A DNA stretch of 63,344 nt, the filler included, from Octopus bimaculoides (taxonomy: Eukaryota): assembly GCF_001194135.2 (NCBI RefSeq). It is 5 parts of 5 records of this genome, joined end to end, with 100 filler letters (N's around TTAATTAATTAA, not from the genome) between each part and the next. Parts side by side here need not be neighbours in the genome. Positions count along the whole stretch, not along the records: positions 39,651 to 48,877 come from NC_068981.1; positions 48,978 to 58,495 come from NW_026326439.1; 3 more parts are not named here. One strand, 5' to 3'. Positions 40,577 to 53,270 of the stretch are shown piece after piece. The position numbers and the translations under genes are program-made. A model generated the notes under the pieces. The model was not told the DNA's origin. It saw nothing but the letters and a program-made list of their open reading frames with translations, and ran no database searches. Numbering within the stretch: the stretch's first letter is position 1; each line of letters begins with the position of its first letter.

Positions 40577-41345
40577 GAAGGCGGTGAACTGACAGAAACG
40601 TTAGCACGCCAATCGTAATGCTTAGCGGTATTTAGCCCGTCGCTACGTTCTGAGTTCAAATTCCGCCGAGGTCGACTTTGGTTTTCATCCTTTCAGGGTC
40701 AATAAAGTAAGTACTAGTTGTGTACTCGGATCGATGTAATCGACTAGCCCCTTCCCCCCAAATTTCAGGCCTTGTGCCTATAATAGAAAGGATTATTATT
40801 ATTATTACTATTATTATTATTTTTATTATTATTATTAATTTCTTTTATGAAGTTGGCGAGCTGGCAGAATCGTTAGCACACCGGACGAAACGCTTAGCGG
40901 TATTTCGTCTGCCGCTACGTTTTGAGTTCAAATTGAGCCGAAGTCGATTTTGCCTTTCATCCTTTCGGTGTCGATGAAATAAGTACTAGTTACGCACAGG
41001 GGTCGATGTAATCGACTATCCTCCTTCCCCCCAAAATTTCAAGGCCTTGTGCCTAGAGTAGAAATAATAATTAAAATTATTAAAATCGATGTAATCGTTT
41101 CCACCCCACCTTAAAATTTCAAGCCTTATGCCTTTAGTAGAAAGGATTAAGTAGCATTTCGTCTGTCTTTGAGTTCAAATTCCGCCAAGGTCGACTTTTC
41201 CTGTCATCTTTTCGGGGTGGATAAAATGAGTACCAGCTGAACACTGGGCTCAATATAATCGACTTACCTCCTTCCCCAAAATTTCTGGCTTTGTACCAAA
41301 ATTTGAAACCATTATTATTATTATTATTAATATTATTAATTATTA
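40577..41345 (+). mobile_element. Head-to-tail cluster of tRNA-derived SINE family C with (ATT)n tails
   Basis: Copies start at ~40577 and ~40849, with partial copies at ~41090 and ~41145. The consensus is gaaggcggtgagctggcagaatcgttag...ttctgagttcaaattccgccgaggtcgactttgcctttcatcctttcggggtcgat...ggccttgtgcc...agaaaggattattatt. Further copies lie at ~30620-30780, 33700-34200, 34795-35320, 35740-35960 and 43480-43660. Confidence 0.85.
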
Positions 41346-41365
41346 TTATGGGTTGTTTCCATTTC

Positions 41366-41366
41366 T

Positions 41367-41408
<42 letters not shown>

Positions 41409-41465
41409 GTCGTCGTCGTCGTCGTCGTCGTCATCGTCGTCGTTGTCATCATCATTGTTATCGTG
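41366..41465. repeat. Compound (CAT)n(CGT)n microsatellite
   Basis: It is directly visible. Confidence 0.95.
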
Positions 41466-41880
41466 ATCCTGCTTTATTTAAAGCGGGTGTTGGACGAATC
41501 GGTAGAGTGACAGATATAATGATTCGGAGTGTTTAGTAATGCCATTTAACGTACCAAGTTCTAATCTCGATTAGTTCAACTTTACCATTTAAATGTACGG
41601 GGTCGATAAATTAAGTAACAGTCAAGTACTTAGATTGTTTAATACCACAACTTCAAAAACCAGTAACAATATGTAGAAATCATTTCTAAATTCAATGGAT
41701 GAATAAGTCAGTAGCACATTAAGCAAAATGGCTTCCGATGTTTAGTTTACGTCTTTTAATTCAGATTCGTCGGTTATAATAAGTTTTAGAAATTATGTCA
41801 TATGTAAACAAGCGTAAGTTTGTTTTTGAAGCGTTGAAATGTATTGTAGAACAAGTAGAACGATATATTTTTCAACACAT

Positions 41881-42078
41881 AAATACTGAATAGTATATAT
41901 AAAGGATAAAATCCTTTTAAGAGCAGAGAAATTTGCCGGCAACCGGTTGCCGTTTGGCAGTTTAGCTTAAAGAGTAGAGCGCTCCAACCGGATACTGGAA
42001 GGGTATGAGTTCGTTCCCTCATGGCTGATTGCCGGAAATATTTTTGCTCTTAAAAGGATTTTATCCTGTTCAGTATTT
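41881..42078. mobile_element. MITE-like element with ~50-bp TIRs
   Basis: aaatactgaa...aggataaaatccttttaagagcagagaaatttgccggcaa pairs with ttgccggaaatatttttgctcttaaaaggattttatcctgttcagtattt. The left arm has a short (TA)-rich insertion. Confidence 0.75.
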
Positions 42079-42289
42079 TTACGTTGAAAAAATATATCTT
42101 TCTATTTGTTCTTTAGAATTTACATATTTTTGCCAAGAAGAAACTAATCTATTTTGTTTGCATAGATTAAAATTCTTGAGTCCTACCTCCGATGACTTTT
42201 ATGAAAGTGTTTTAAGACGTTACTTTGTTGATGAAGACTTGTATGCGTAGTTGTCGAGATGCTTGAAAAAGTAATGATAAAAGTAATGA

Positions 42290-42830
42290 TAAAGATTAAC
42301 TGGACTTTTCCGATTGTACTTGCAGTCTTTTTGGCAGGTTTTTTCCGATTTTCTGGCACTATTTAATAGCTGTAGTGGCTTCACCGAGATTCTAGAAATA
42401 GTTCTATTTGCTAGTTACCACACAGCGACAAGAATCATTTTTAAATTACAACTTCAGTTTAGGAAAGTGTTTTGCTGCTTTAATCAACCCAATCACAGCA
42501 CGAACTGTCATACAGAATTCATTTTTCGTAAAATTCCTAAATGCAATTTTAAAAAAAGGTAGTTTTTATGGCAAAAAGAAGTCTTTGTAACGGCATTTTC
42601 TTCGTTCAGATCTCTCAGCATCCATTTCTTGAAGTTTTTCGAATTTCCATTGTGGTAGAAATTGCGCCCTTCTTATCATTAAGACTCTCATCTTTGCAAC
42701 GAAAGTTTTGGAACCAAGCTTGAATTGTACATTGATTGCAGTTCCGTGGTCAAATGCATGTTTGACGTCACGAGTAGTTCCTGTTGCATTGCGTTCTCGA
42801 ATTTGTTTTTGTTCACTATTACTTTGACAG
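42290..42830 (-). mobile_element. Highly decayed mariner transposase (cecropia-like)
   Basis: Minus-strand fragments read TTRDVKHAFDHGTA, IQAWFQNFRCKDESLND, ILYDSS, KHFPKLKL..KMILVAVW and FLESGEATTA. Confidence 0.65.
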
Positions 42831-45800
42831 CCTAAGATAATTAAGAATAAATGGTGAAAGCAAAACCATTAACATAAACCAACACAACAAATTATGTATA
42901 AATTTACATGTGCCTAGCTAAATAAAAAAATATTCGAAAATAACCATCAAAATTTAAAATAACAAATATCGCAATTACCCTATTATACTAAGTGAAATGT
43001 CCTGTTGTTATCGTCTCTTCCCAATATGCTACTTGGGTTTTGGTGTATCCTGGTCAGTTAGTGACCCCTTCACTCTGAATGAATTTCTGTTGCATTATTT
43101 CAATTGTATTTATTCCAGTCACTCTTTTGAGTTATACCTTTCTATTTTTTAGTTGGGTTGACCCTTTACAAGATCATGAAGACTGGTAGGAGGGAAGACG
43201 GAAGTAATCCTGAAACGACGTATCAAAAATGACCAGAAATGATAAGCAGGAATTGAAAAAGATTCAATCTTTAAAGTTTCGTAATATATCAAGACTAGAA
43301 ACCGAGTAGTCAAATTATGAAGTTTTAGTTACGCCATAGTACAAACTTATTCACATGAAAGGTCGAGTTATTGACCAATCAGCCTTCACGTGCTAGGTTC
43401 TTCTATATCGTTCTGGAACATCTCAGTACAAGGGCTGTTTGTAGCATAAAAGGCTTGCTTTTAGCGTCAATTTTGTGTGTGAAGGCGGCGTACCGGGCGA
43501 AATGCTTAGCATATTTCATCTGTCTTTACGTTCTGAGTTCAAATTCTGCCTTTCACCATTTTGGGGTCGATAAATGAAGTACCAGTTGCGTACTGGAGTC
43601 GATCTAATCGACTGGCTCCCTCCTCCAAAATTTCGGGCCTTGTGCCTAGAGTAGAAAAGAATTTTCTAAGTGCGTGGTGACATGCAGTCCAACTCCACAT
43701 ATTCTCTTGCCGTTTCTAATAGTCGTTTTAATGACACTCTGCTCAACGTGGATACGTCGATATACTTAGCTGAAATGAATCAAATTTGTATATTTTCTCT
43801 TGTCTTGACAAACTTCAGTACAGACCTTTTGTAATCAACTATAAATAACACATCTGAATAGTTCCTTCAATTGTGCTAAATTGTTGTGGAACTTCACAAC
43901 CCATGTCCAACCTCAATATTACGAGTGCGGTGAAATAAAATTTATTATTAAATCTTTGCTTGGTGTTGTTACATCGATCGAACGCAGCCTCACATACATA
44001 TTCATCAAAATAACAGAAACTTCTTTATTTTTAATCACTCTAAGCAAAACAGGGTTGTTTTTCATAATTAACATGAAAAACTACCTCTGTTTAGAAATTT
44101 TCAAACAAATCAAATCTGGTGTGTGAAACTGAAAAGATCTGATATAACCTTGAATATTCTTCTTTCATCATAAATGTGGTCGAACAGAGATAACCAAGAG
44201 TTAAACAAGAAGCAAAAATAACAACAACAAATGAACAAACGATTGTGGAGCACCCTAGTCTCTCGACCTGCTAGAATTACCACTATAAACTGGATAAATA
44301 TGTCTGGATGATGTAATTCTGATTATTAGAATCCTCGAAACGAATACGAGATTGGTCACAGCATGAAATCAGATCGACGCGTAGACGTCATCGAAAAGCA
44401 GGAAAATAACGACGTTGCATAAAAAAAGAAGAAAAATAACTATAAATGTATTTTCTAGCAAATTCCCGCACAGCGACAAACACATGCAACAGCGTTTGCA
44501 AAGCATATATAAACATTTCAGTGAAAATATTCAATAAGAACAATATAAAAAGAAGTGATTTTATTATCTCCCTTCCCAGCATCACAGCGCTGCATGGAAT
44601 GCATTAAAATTCTTCTCGTTAATTTAGAAGCAAAAAGAAAAAAAAAGAATAAGAAAATCACAAAAAGCATAAAAAGTATTAAAAGATAAATCTAAAAAAT
44701 AAATAAATATTGTTTGAAATACTACGATACAAAGGCCTAAAAAAAAAGAAACACTTCTATGCAGCAAGACAAATTTCTCCTACATTCTGAGTACAGAAAT
44801 TAAGCATGGTACAATGTAGTCCAAAATACTTAATATCGAAGAAAAAAAAACGAGATCGTTACGGTTAATAGGCTCTTGATCAAAGTCGTGTTCGATTGCA
44901 ATTGACCTCAGGCCAAACAACATCAGCAATAACAACTGTAATAAGAAGACGAATAAATAGACAGAAGGGTGAAAGTGCAACATTCCCACACTGCCTCTCA
45001 GCACGACATGTGCGCTGGATGCGACACCATGGCACAGGGAGAAACATACTCGCGGTCGATGTAGTTGACTAAACTCTCTGAAGGTGATATTCAATCATAG
45101 ACACAGCGCATGAGTGGAATCAGTTGCTTCCCAACCACACGGTTCTGGGTTTAGTCCCAACGTGAGCAAGAATCTTCAACTATAGCCTCGGGTCGACCAA
45201 AACCTTGCGAGTGGATTTGGTAGACGGAAACTGAAAGAAGCCCGACGTATATATATATATATGTGTGTGCGTATGTGTTTGTGTGTGTGCGTGTATGTAT
45301 GTATATTATGTATATTTATACTTTTCTTTCCCTTAATTATCTCTGTCGTTTGTACTCTGTGTAAGTTGGACGTATCTTATAATAATTCTGCTTGTTCCTC
45401 CATTACTTAGCCCGTCCGTAACGCTTCTACGTGATTAGTTGAAGGAAGAGGGGAGATGTGTGGGGAGGGAGAGGCATAAGTGGTAGTAGTGAAATGTGTA
45501 ATTTTTTTTAACGAAGTTTTTTTTCTCTGTTACTTATCCCGTTTGTAACGCTTTCACGTGATTAGTTGAAGGGAAAGGCGAAGAACGAAAGAAAAAGGCA
45601 AGAGAAATAGAGGATAAAGCGAAGAGTGAGAGAGAAATAAGAAGAGTGTTGTGTATTAAGTCTATAAAATTGTGCATAAAGTATATAAAATGTATATATA
45701 ACGGACATTGAGTAATCATCGTATTCCAATTTCCTTCACTTTCCAATAATTAGCAGATAAGCGTCTTTTGATATAGACACAACACAGGCTATGCTTTCAG

Positions 45801-46024
45801 GTTTTTTTAGATAAAGTTATCAGAAATAACCCAAAACGTTTACCATTGATTCCGTGAAATATTCCCGCAACTTAATATAAATATCTACACATCTATACTT
45901 AAATATTCAATCGTCTGAAAGTCTTTACTCTTTGCTTTCTCTCGTTTAGCATGTATACATATTTATATATATTTTGTATTTCATACCCCCAAGCTGTTAT
46001 ATTTAATATATGATGGTTGTCTAC

Positions 46025-46265
46025 TCCTTATGCAGAGTCTGACCACCTCCTGTACATACACACCTTAGATCCATCATGGCGTTTGATGTGGCTTTTTAAA
46101 CCAGACAATGTTTTTAAATGACATCCACATAGATTGCATATCCGATTGGGACCACCAAGAGCTGCAGTTAAGTGCTTATCTTTGTGGATCTTAAAATGTC
46201 TTTTGAGGCCCTCCGTTAGGTTTGCAGGCCTTGTGGCATACATGGCATTGAAAGGTGTGCACAGA
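46025..46265 (-). mobile_element. RTE-like LINE C-terminal fragment with two C2H2-like motifs
   Basis: CHVCHKACK (frameshift) GLKRHFKIH is followed by CNLCGCHLKTLSGLKSHIKRH. There are no TGEKP linkers. It is short and 5'-truncated. Confidence 0.55.
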
Positions 46266-47051
46266 CATAGGCAGAAAATACTAATGTATGTATATGTATA
46301 TACATATGTGTGTGTGTGCGTGCGCGCGCGTGTTTGTGTTTGTGTCTGTGTTTATCTCCCCATCACTGCTTGAGAACCGGTGTTGACGTGTTTACGTCCC
46401 CGTAACTTGGCGATTCTGCAAAACAAACCGACGGAATAAATTACTAGGCTTAAAAGATAAGTCCAGGGGGTCGATTTGTTCGACTAAAACCCTTCAAGAT
46501 TGTGCTCCAGCATGACCGCAGTCTAATGAGTGAAACAAGTAACAAAATAAAAACGATGAAAGAATAAGGTTAAACGAGACTAAGAATAAAGATTAAAACT
46601 ATGTAAACAAACCTCGGTTAATGTTTTTCACGTTGTCCATGTGAAACGAAAAAATAAAGAGGAGAAAACGCAGTAGGAACGAGGAAATAACTATGATATA
46701 AAAGAGAAAAAAATCAACCATTAGAATTAAAGAACAAAAGACGAAGAAAGGCGACTATATGTAATCGGTAGCAGGTAAATTCTCCTCGTATCACAACCTG
46801 CCGACTTAACAAAAGAAGGACACTTTTGTTAATGTGGTCGGAGTTATAAATTATGTCTAAATAAAAGTAAGCGACGAGATGCTCATAGCTGGAACCCTTT
46901 TCATTATAGGTAAGCCTTCTCAATCAGAGCTGACATAACATATATGCATATAAATATACAGAACGTATGTGTGTGTGTATACACACACAAGCGAGTGCGC
47001 ACACATACACACACATGTATGTGTATACCACTTACGTATATATGTATATGA

Positions 47052-47106
<55 letters not shown>

Positions 47107-47714
47107 NNNNNNNNNNNNNNNNNNNNNNNNNNNNNNNNNNNNNNNNNNNNNNNNNNNNNNNNNNNNNNNNNNNNNNNNNNNNNNNNNNNNNNNNNNNNNN
47201 NNNNNNNNNNNNNNNNNNNNNNNNNNNNNNNNNNNNNNNNNNNNNNNNNNNNNNNNNNNNNNNNNNNNNNNNNNNNNNNNNNNNNNNNNNNNNNNNNNNN
47301 NNNNNNNNNNNNNNNNNNNNNNNNNNNNNNNNNNNNNNNNNNNNNNNNNNNNNNNNNNNNNNNNNNNNNNNNNNNNNNNNNNNNNNNNNNNNNNNNNNNN
47401 NNNNNNNNNNNNNNNNNNNNNNNNNNNNNNNNNNNNNNNNNNNNNNNNNNNNNNNNNNNNNNNNNNNNNNNNNNNNNNNNNNNNNNNNNNNNNNNNNNNN
47501 NNNNNNNNNNNNNNNNNNNNNNNNNNNNNNNNNNNNNNNNNNNNNNNNNNNNNNNNNNNNNNNNNNNNNNNNNNNNNNNNNNNNNNNNNNNNNNNNNNNN
47601 NNNNNNNNNNNNNNNNNNNNNNNNNNNACAAAGAATAAGTCCTGGGGTCGATTAGCTCGACTAAAGGCGGTGCTCCAGCATGGCCGCAGTCAAATGACTG
47701 AAACAAGTAAAAGA

Positions 47715-47761
<47 letters not shown>

Positions 47762-47849
47762 AGAAATATTATTATTTCTAAATCTCTCAAAGAGAGATAT
47801 TCAGTAACATTTCTTTAGAGTAAAAGCTATCTGCCAACATAATGAGGGT

Positions 47850-48580
47850 GTCCTGGAAAGGACGATTGTTACTGCTGTTTAGCATCAGGAAACATCGTTT
47901 CCAGCTGCCTATACAACACAATATCTGTAAGTAAAACAGAGATGTATCAGGCAATCTATGTTCAATCGATGTTACAAACATCATCTGTTCGAGTCAATTA
48001 GCCGGTCTATGTTTTTCGATCGACCTGCAAGTAATAACAACATCGGTCGGAGTTACCTTCCAGCCACCATCTCAAAGTTGCGCTATGTCCTCTTTCTGTC
48101 TTCTGAACCACTACTATAACGGCCTTTGCTCCTTGGAGCTCGTTAGCTTTATGTCACCTATACTCAGAAGAGATCCGATTCATCTCTTTTCTCTCGATCA
48201 TACATGTACGAATTACTATGGTTATTACTCCTTCCTCCAAAGGCCATTCCTCTGAGATTTCCTTGTCGCTTATTTCTTTCCAACACGAGAAAACATTACT
48301 TTTATCAAACTCAGTGGCTTACGAGGGCTTGCAAGGCCTAGGGCGTCGCTCTTACCTCTAACTCCAGCAAGAGAACAGAAATAGAAATAAAAAATAAAAG
48401 AAAAACGAAAACAAAGACGACACCTAGAGCTATCCTTAAAGAAAAAATGACAGTTACATTGGATGATGTAATCCTAGATACACTATGCCTAAGTATAATA
48501 TTAGTTGCTCATTAGCGGAATGTTTTTGATCATAAGTTTGCCTGAAGTCACAATCCTCATTGGGGACCTAAACAAGAGAG
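47850..48580 (+). mobile_element. CR1/Jockey-group LINE 3' end remnant
   Basis: It encodes the C-terminal motif NHYYNGLCSLELVS. The 3' tail ttacattggatgatgtaatcctagat...ggggacctaaacaa resembles the tail at 14000-14115. Confidence 0.5.
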
Positions 48581-48977
48581 AAACGACGACGACGACGGCG
48601 GTGGCGGTAACAATATTTACTATGATGACGACAACAACGGCGACATCAACACCGACCAATGAAATAAGCACATAAATAATATAACATAAATAATATAGGG
48701 AAGAATAGAGAAATGGCGCATGAGCTAAGTGTAAGGAAAACTGATGTTACACTTTGACGGTAACAACATCGTCAACTGGGAAACTAGTTTAGAAAGGGAT
48801 GTGAATAAATAAAGAATACAGGTGTTCTTAAAAGTGCAAAACAGCGTTTTCTACACAAACGCTATATATATATATATNNNNNNNNNNNNNNNNNNNNNNN
48901 NNNNNNNNNNNNNNNNNNNNNTTAATTAATTAANNNNNNNNNNNNNNNNNNNNNNNNNNNNNNNNNNNNNNNNNNNN

Positions 48978-49765
48978 GAATGGGCTGTTCTTCCACCTGG
49001 TGGCTGCAATTCCAGAGGATGCAACAGCCAGAGCAATCTTCTTCTTCTGTCTCACCTTGGCAAGGATCAGGTTGATCAATAATGTCTTTCCTGTGCTTCC
49101 AGGAGCATCTAAGAAGAAAACCCCACCAGAGATGTAAGAACTTGCCAGTATACCGCCTTTTGATCCTGTACCAGAATTGGTTCCTTTTCATTGACAACTG
49201 CTTGCAAACTTTCCATGTTGTACGATGTTTCCCTGATTAGCTTTTGTGCTAATCTGTGTTGAACATCTGTGACAGGAGGAGCTGGAAGACCATAGATTTC
49301 AAGTTTGTTTCCACCTAGTAATTGAACCTTGTCGTCTATTAATCTTAATGTCTCATTGAAGATGTCATCATTGAATTGACATCACCGCCACACTGAAATT
49401 GAATTCTTTGAAGAATGTCTTCAGAAAGCCCCTCCTTGTATTTGTCCCAAAGTTGATTTGGATTTGACAATCCACAGTTCACCAGCATGATGGAGAAGAG
49501 GTTTCTCAGCTGCATAGGAGACTTGCACATTTGTGCCTCTGTCAGAGTGGCATCCCAGTGTGCATCATCTTCCAGAAGACCTCTGAGATAGCAAGCCTGG
49601 CGATATGTTTGACATACTGTGTTATCAACCGTTAGTAAGGCCGTAAATGATGTGGGTCCCTTGACATGGTGTAATAGAAGCCTTAGATAGTAGCACTCTG
49701 TGTAGTTGGAATGGACAACATAGACTCTGCCAAGTGTATCTGATTTCTTGATTCCTGGATGAAAT
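48978..49765 (-). mobile_element. Helitron RepHel fragment (post-Rep region plus start of PIF1-like helicase)
   Basis: The minus translation reads HPGIKKSDTLGRVYVVH...YYLRLLLHHVKGPTSF...TYRQACYLRGLLEDDAHWDATL...QLRNLFSIML...PNQLWDKY. After frameshifts it continues FFLDAPGSTGKTLLINLILAKVRQKKKIALAVASSGIAAT...GGRTAH (Walker A). It runs into a gap. Confidence 0.92.
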
Positions 49766-50627
49766 TTGTCACTCAGTGAACCAAAGAGCCTGTATCGAAG
49801 GTACGAGAAAAAAAAACCTCAGCAACAGGGAAACACAAAACCGTACTTCTGTTAGTAAATGATGAAATTACTTACATCAGTAAATGTGAACTTGTTAGCG
49901 ATTGAAAACGTAAACTTTTTATTTTGGAACAGTAACGATTGAAGTGAAAGTGAGGTTGAAGCGAAATTTGTCACTCAGTGAACCAAAGAGCCTGTATCGA
50001 AGGTACCAGACAAAAAAAACCTCAGCAACAGGGAAACACAAAACCGTACTTCTGTTAGTAAATAATGAAATTACTTACATCNNNNNNNNNNAACGATTGA
50101 AGTGAAAGTGAGGTTGAAGCGAAATTTGTCACTCAGTGAACCAAAGAGCCTGTATCGAAGGTACCAGACAAAAAAAAAACTCAGCAACAGGGAAACACAA
50201 AACCGTACTTCTGTTAGTAAATGATGAAATTACTTACATCAGTAAAGGTGAACTTGTTAGCGATTGAAAACGTAAACTTGTATTTTCGAACAGTAGCAAT
50301 TGAAGTTAAAGTGAGGTTGAAGCGAAATTTGTGACTCAGTGAACCAAAGAGCCAGTATCGAAGGTACCAGAAAAAAAAAACCTCAGCAACAGGGAAACAC
50401 AAAACTGTACTTCTGTTAGTAAATGATGAAATTACTTACATCAGTAAATGTGAACTTGTTAGCGATTGAAAACGTAAACTTTTTATTGAGAACAGTAACG
50501 ATTGAAGTTAAAGTGAGGTTGAAGCGAAATTTGTCACTCAGTGAACCAAAGAGCCAGTATCGAAGGTACCAGAAAAAGAAAAAAAAACCCTCAGCAACAG
50601 GGAAACACGAAACCGTACTTCTGTTAG
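49761..50627. repeat. Tandem array, ~202-bp unit, at least 4 copies, open-ended into gap
   Basis: The unit start gaaatttgt(c/g)actcagtgaaccaaagagcc recurs at 49761, 49963, 50121 (small N gap before), 50324 and 50526. Confidence 0.93.
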
Positions 50628-51061
50628 NNNNNNNNNNNNNNNNNNNNNNNNNNNNNNNNNNNNNNNNNNNNNNNNNNNNNNNNNNNNNNNNNNNNNNNNN
50701 NNNNNNNNNNNNNNNNNNNNNNNNNNNNNNNNNNNNNNNNNNNNNNNNNNNNNNNNNNNNNNNNNNNNNNNNNNNNNNNNNNNNNNNNNNNNNNNNNNNN
50801 NNNNNNNNNNNNNNNNNNNNNNNNNNNNNNNNNNNNNNNNNNNNNNNNNNNNNNNNNNNNNNNNNNNNNNNNNNNNNNNNNNNNNNNNNNNNNNNNNNNN
50901 NNNNNNNNNNNNNNNNNNNNNNNNNNNNNNNNNNNNNNNNNNNNNNNNNNNNNNNNNNNNNNNNNNNNNNNNNNNNNNNNNNNNNNNNNNNNNNNNNNNN
51001 NNNNNNNNNNNNNNNNNNNNNNNNNNNNNNNNNNNNNNNNNNNNNNNNNNNNNATATATAT

Positions 51062-51233
51062 ATATATACGACAGGCTTCTTTCAGTTTCCGTCTACCAAA
51101 TCCACTCGCAAAGCTTTGGTCGGCCCAAGGCTATAGTAGAATACACTTGCCCAAGGTGCCACGCAGTGGGACTGAACCCGGAACCATGTGGTTTGTAAGC
51201 AAGCTACTTACCACACAGCCACTCCTGCGCCTA
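51062..51233 (-). mobile_element. SINE family A, 5' half
   Basis: It is the reverse complement of the head region and runs into a gap. Confidence 0.85.
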
Positions 51234-51525
51234 TACGGACAATCACAAACACACACACGTACATCGTTCTTAACACACCAACAGACAACATGCCAACACG
51301 CATAAAAGTCATCTAAACATCCTAAAACACATACAATACCATAAAAACTAAATAACCTGAAGGAGTAGGGGCTCCCAAGAATGATATTAAAAAATGGCTG
51401 TATAAAGAACTGCTCGTGGAAACATCCACATAAAACTATGCAGACGGAATAACCATCCCCACCTTGATAACAAAATCACCGTGAGTAACGTGTTTCGCAC
51501 CCATTCTTTAATCTGACATAGTCTT

Positions 51526-53270
51526 GCTTAGGATAGGCAGCATAAATGTACGTGGCCTGGGGTAGCCTTGCAAGGAAGACCATCCATTCAATGACTTCTT
51601 TTCCCTAAGTGTCGATATAGTGGCCATCGGTGAAACCAGACACTCTGACCGACAAACGGTGGAAGCGACATCTATTTATTTCCATGTGAAACGGGAATGA
51701 GAGGGATTGAACTGCAGTGTTGTCCTGGAGAAGTCTGGATCTCAACATAAGGAGGACTATTTTACTGGACCCATAGGGTATGTTGGTGGTGCACAATAGT
51801 GACAAGGGTGCTCTCAGACTAGTTTATGCTCCCATATGTGCAGGACAGTTGGACTTCTTCAGACCTCTAGAAGTTTTCCTGGTTACGTCTAGACCTTTAG
51901 TGATAGTAGGCGATTGGAACGCCATCGTAAAGCCGAGTTTTGGTCTGTGTAGGACTAGTAGATAGAAGCGAAGGTGGTAAAGCATCGTAGACCTGCTCAG
52001 GTATTTCCAACTATCTCACAGGAACCGACTGGATTTCCCGGATGTGCCGATGTGGGCGTGGACGAATCGCATCTTGTCATCCAGGTCGTGTCTATACACG
52101 GTATACTGTAGCCAAGTAAATAATGATAGCATAAACCGTCGGTTACACTGAACACAAACTTATGTTCTGTACGGTCGACCGAGATAGCCTTAGGAGGCAT
52201 GGACTCTGTTATTTTATATCAATTAGTTAACTAATTGAAAACTTAACAAACTCTTCAGGAAAATAAATAAGAAAAATAGTAAAACGAATACGAATTATGG
52301 TTATAAATTTTGCTTGAAAAGTTTGCCTTACGAACTTTTCTGTTATATACCAGTCATGTTTGGTGGCCTATTGTCAGACATCTACTACAACTAGCAGCAA
52401 AACGGGAGAATTCCCAATTCTACGAGGTGTCGACAAGCGGTGGCACTGCTGAGAGAGGACCAAGTAAGAGGGATGAACAGAAAACTTTTGGCCCATAATG
52501 CTGCAAAATGCAGATTTAAAAATTTTAACCGAGATGGTAACAAAGAGGTTGGCGCTTATCATCGTGGAACTGATTGGTGAGACGCAAGCATGCGCAATTC
52601 TTTGCAAATCTATGCACGGCAACCTCCATGTCATGTGATACAGTATAGAAAGGGTGGGTAAAGAAGATGGCACCGGTGGGACTCAGATCAATTTGGGTCA
52701 GTCTAAAGCTTTGATAAAACCAGTAACGAATACTTGGTGGCCTCTCTCACGGCGGCCGGTTTCGGTCCCAGTTTCTGTGGCTGGGTCGCTGCAATTTACA
52801 GCGATATCTGCTTGGTAGTTCGAGCAATGGTTATCTATCAGAACCATTCAACATCATGTGTAGGGTTCGACAAGCGTGCCCTCTCCCGTCTCTTCTGTAT
52901 GTACTCGCTCTAAAGCTGGCATAGATGATTCAACATAAACTCTATAGGCATGGAGGTGTCGTCAGCCAGGTTTTCCTGTGGTGCGCGCAGAGCAACGAAA
53001 AGGTTCTGCACGCTCTTGTTCAGTGCTCAAATATTGCTGACGTGTGTGCTTATTTCGAATACTTGTCGCTTGTCGGACGGATCCAGGTATCAGCTGAATC
53101 CATTGTGAAGATTGCCCTGCCACCTTCCTTTGGCTGAGTAAAGCAGATAGTGTTTCTTTGTCTGGGAGTCTTAGCGAAAGAAATTGTGTGGTGGTCTTAG
53201 TCGAAAAGGTTGAAGAGAGATACTTTTCTATTTGACCAAGCCCTACAATCACTGGTCTTGTAACCGTCTT
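51526..53270 (+). mobile_element. Degenerate, internally deleted L1/Tx1-type LINE ORF2
   Basis: APE motifs include LRIGSINVRGL, DIVAIGET and PLVIVGDWNAI. RT motifs include DLKILTEMVTKRL, SKAFD and VRQACPLPSLLYVLAL. A C-terminal C..E...HALVQC knuckle follows. There are many stops and frameshifts. Confidence 0.82.

Noticed and set aside
41291-41536. ORF with poly-His/poly-Arg run
   Set aside because: It is a translation of a SINE tail plus a (CAT)n(CGT)n microsatellite.
49761-50627. Regularly spaced repeats as a possible CRISPR array
   Set aside because: The entire ~202-bp unit is repeated with no unique spacers, in a eukaryotic context with no cas genes.
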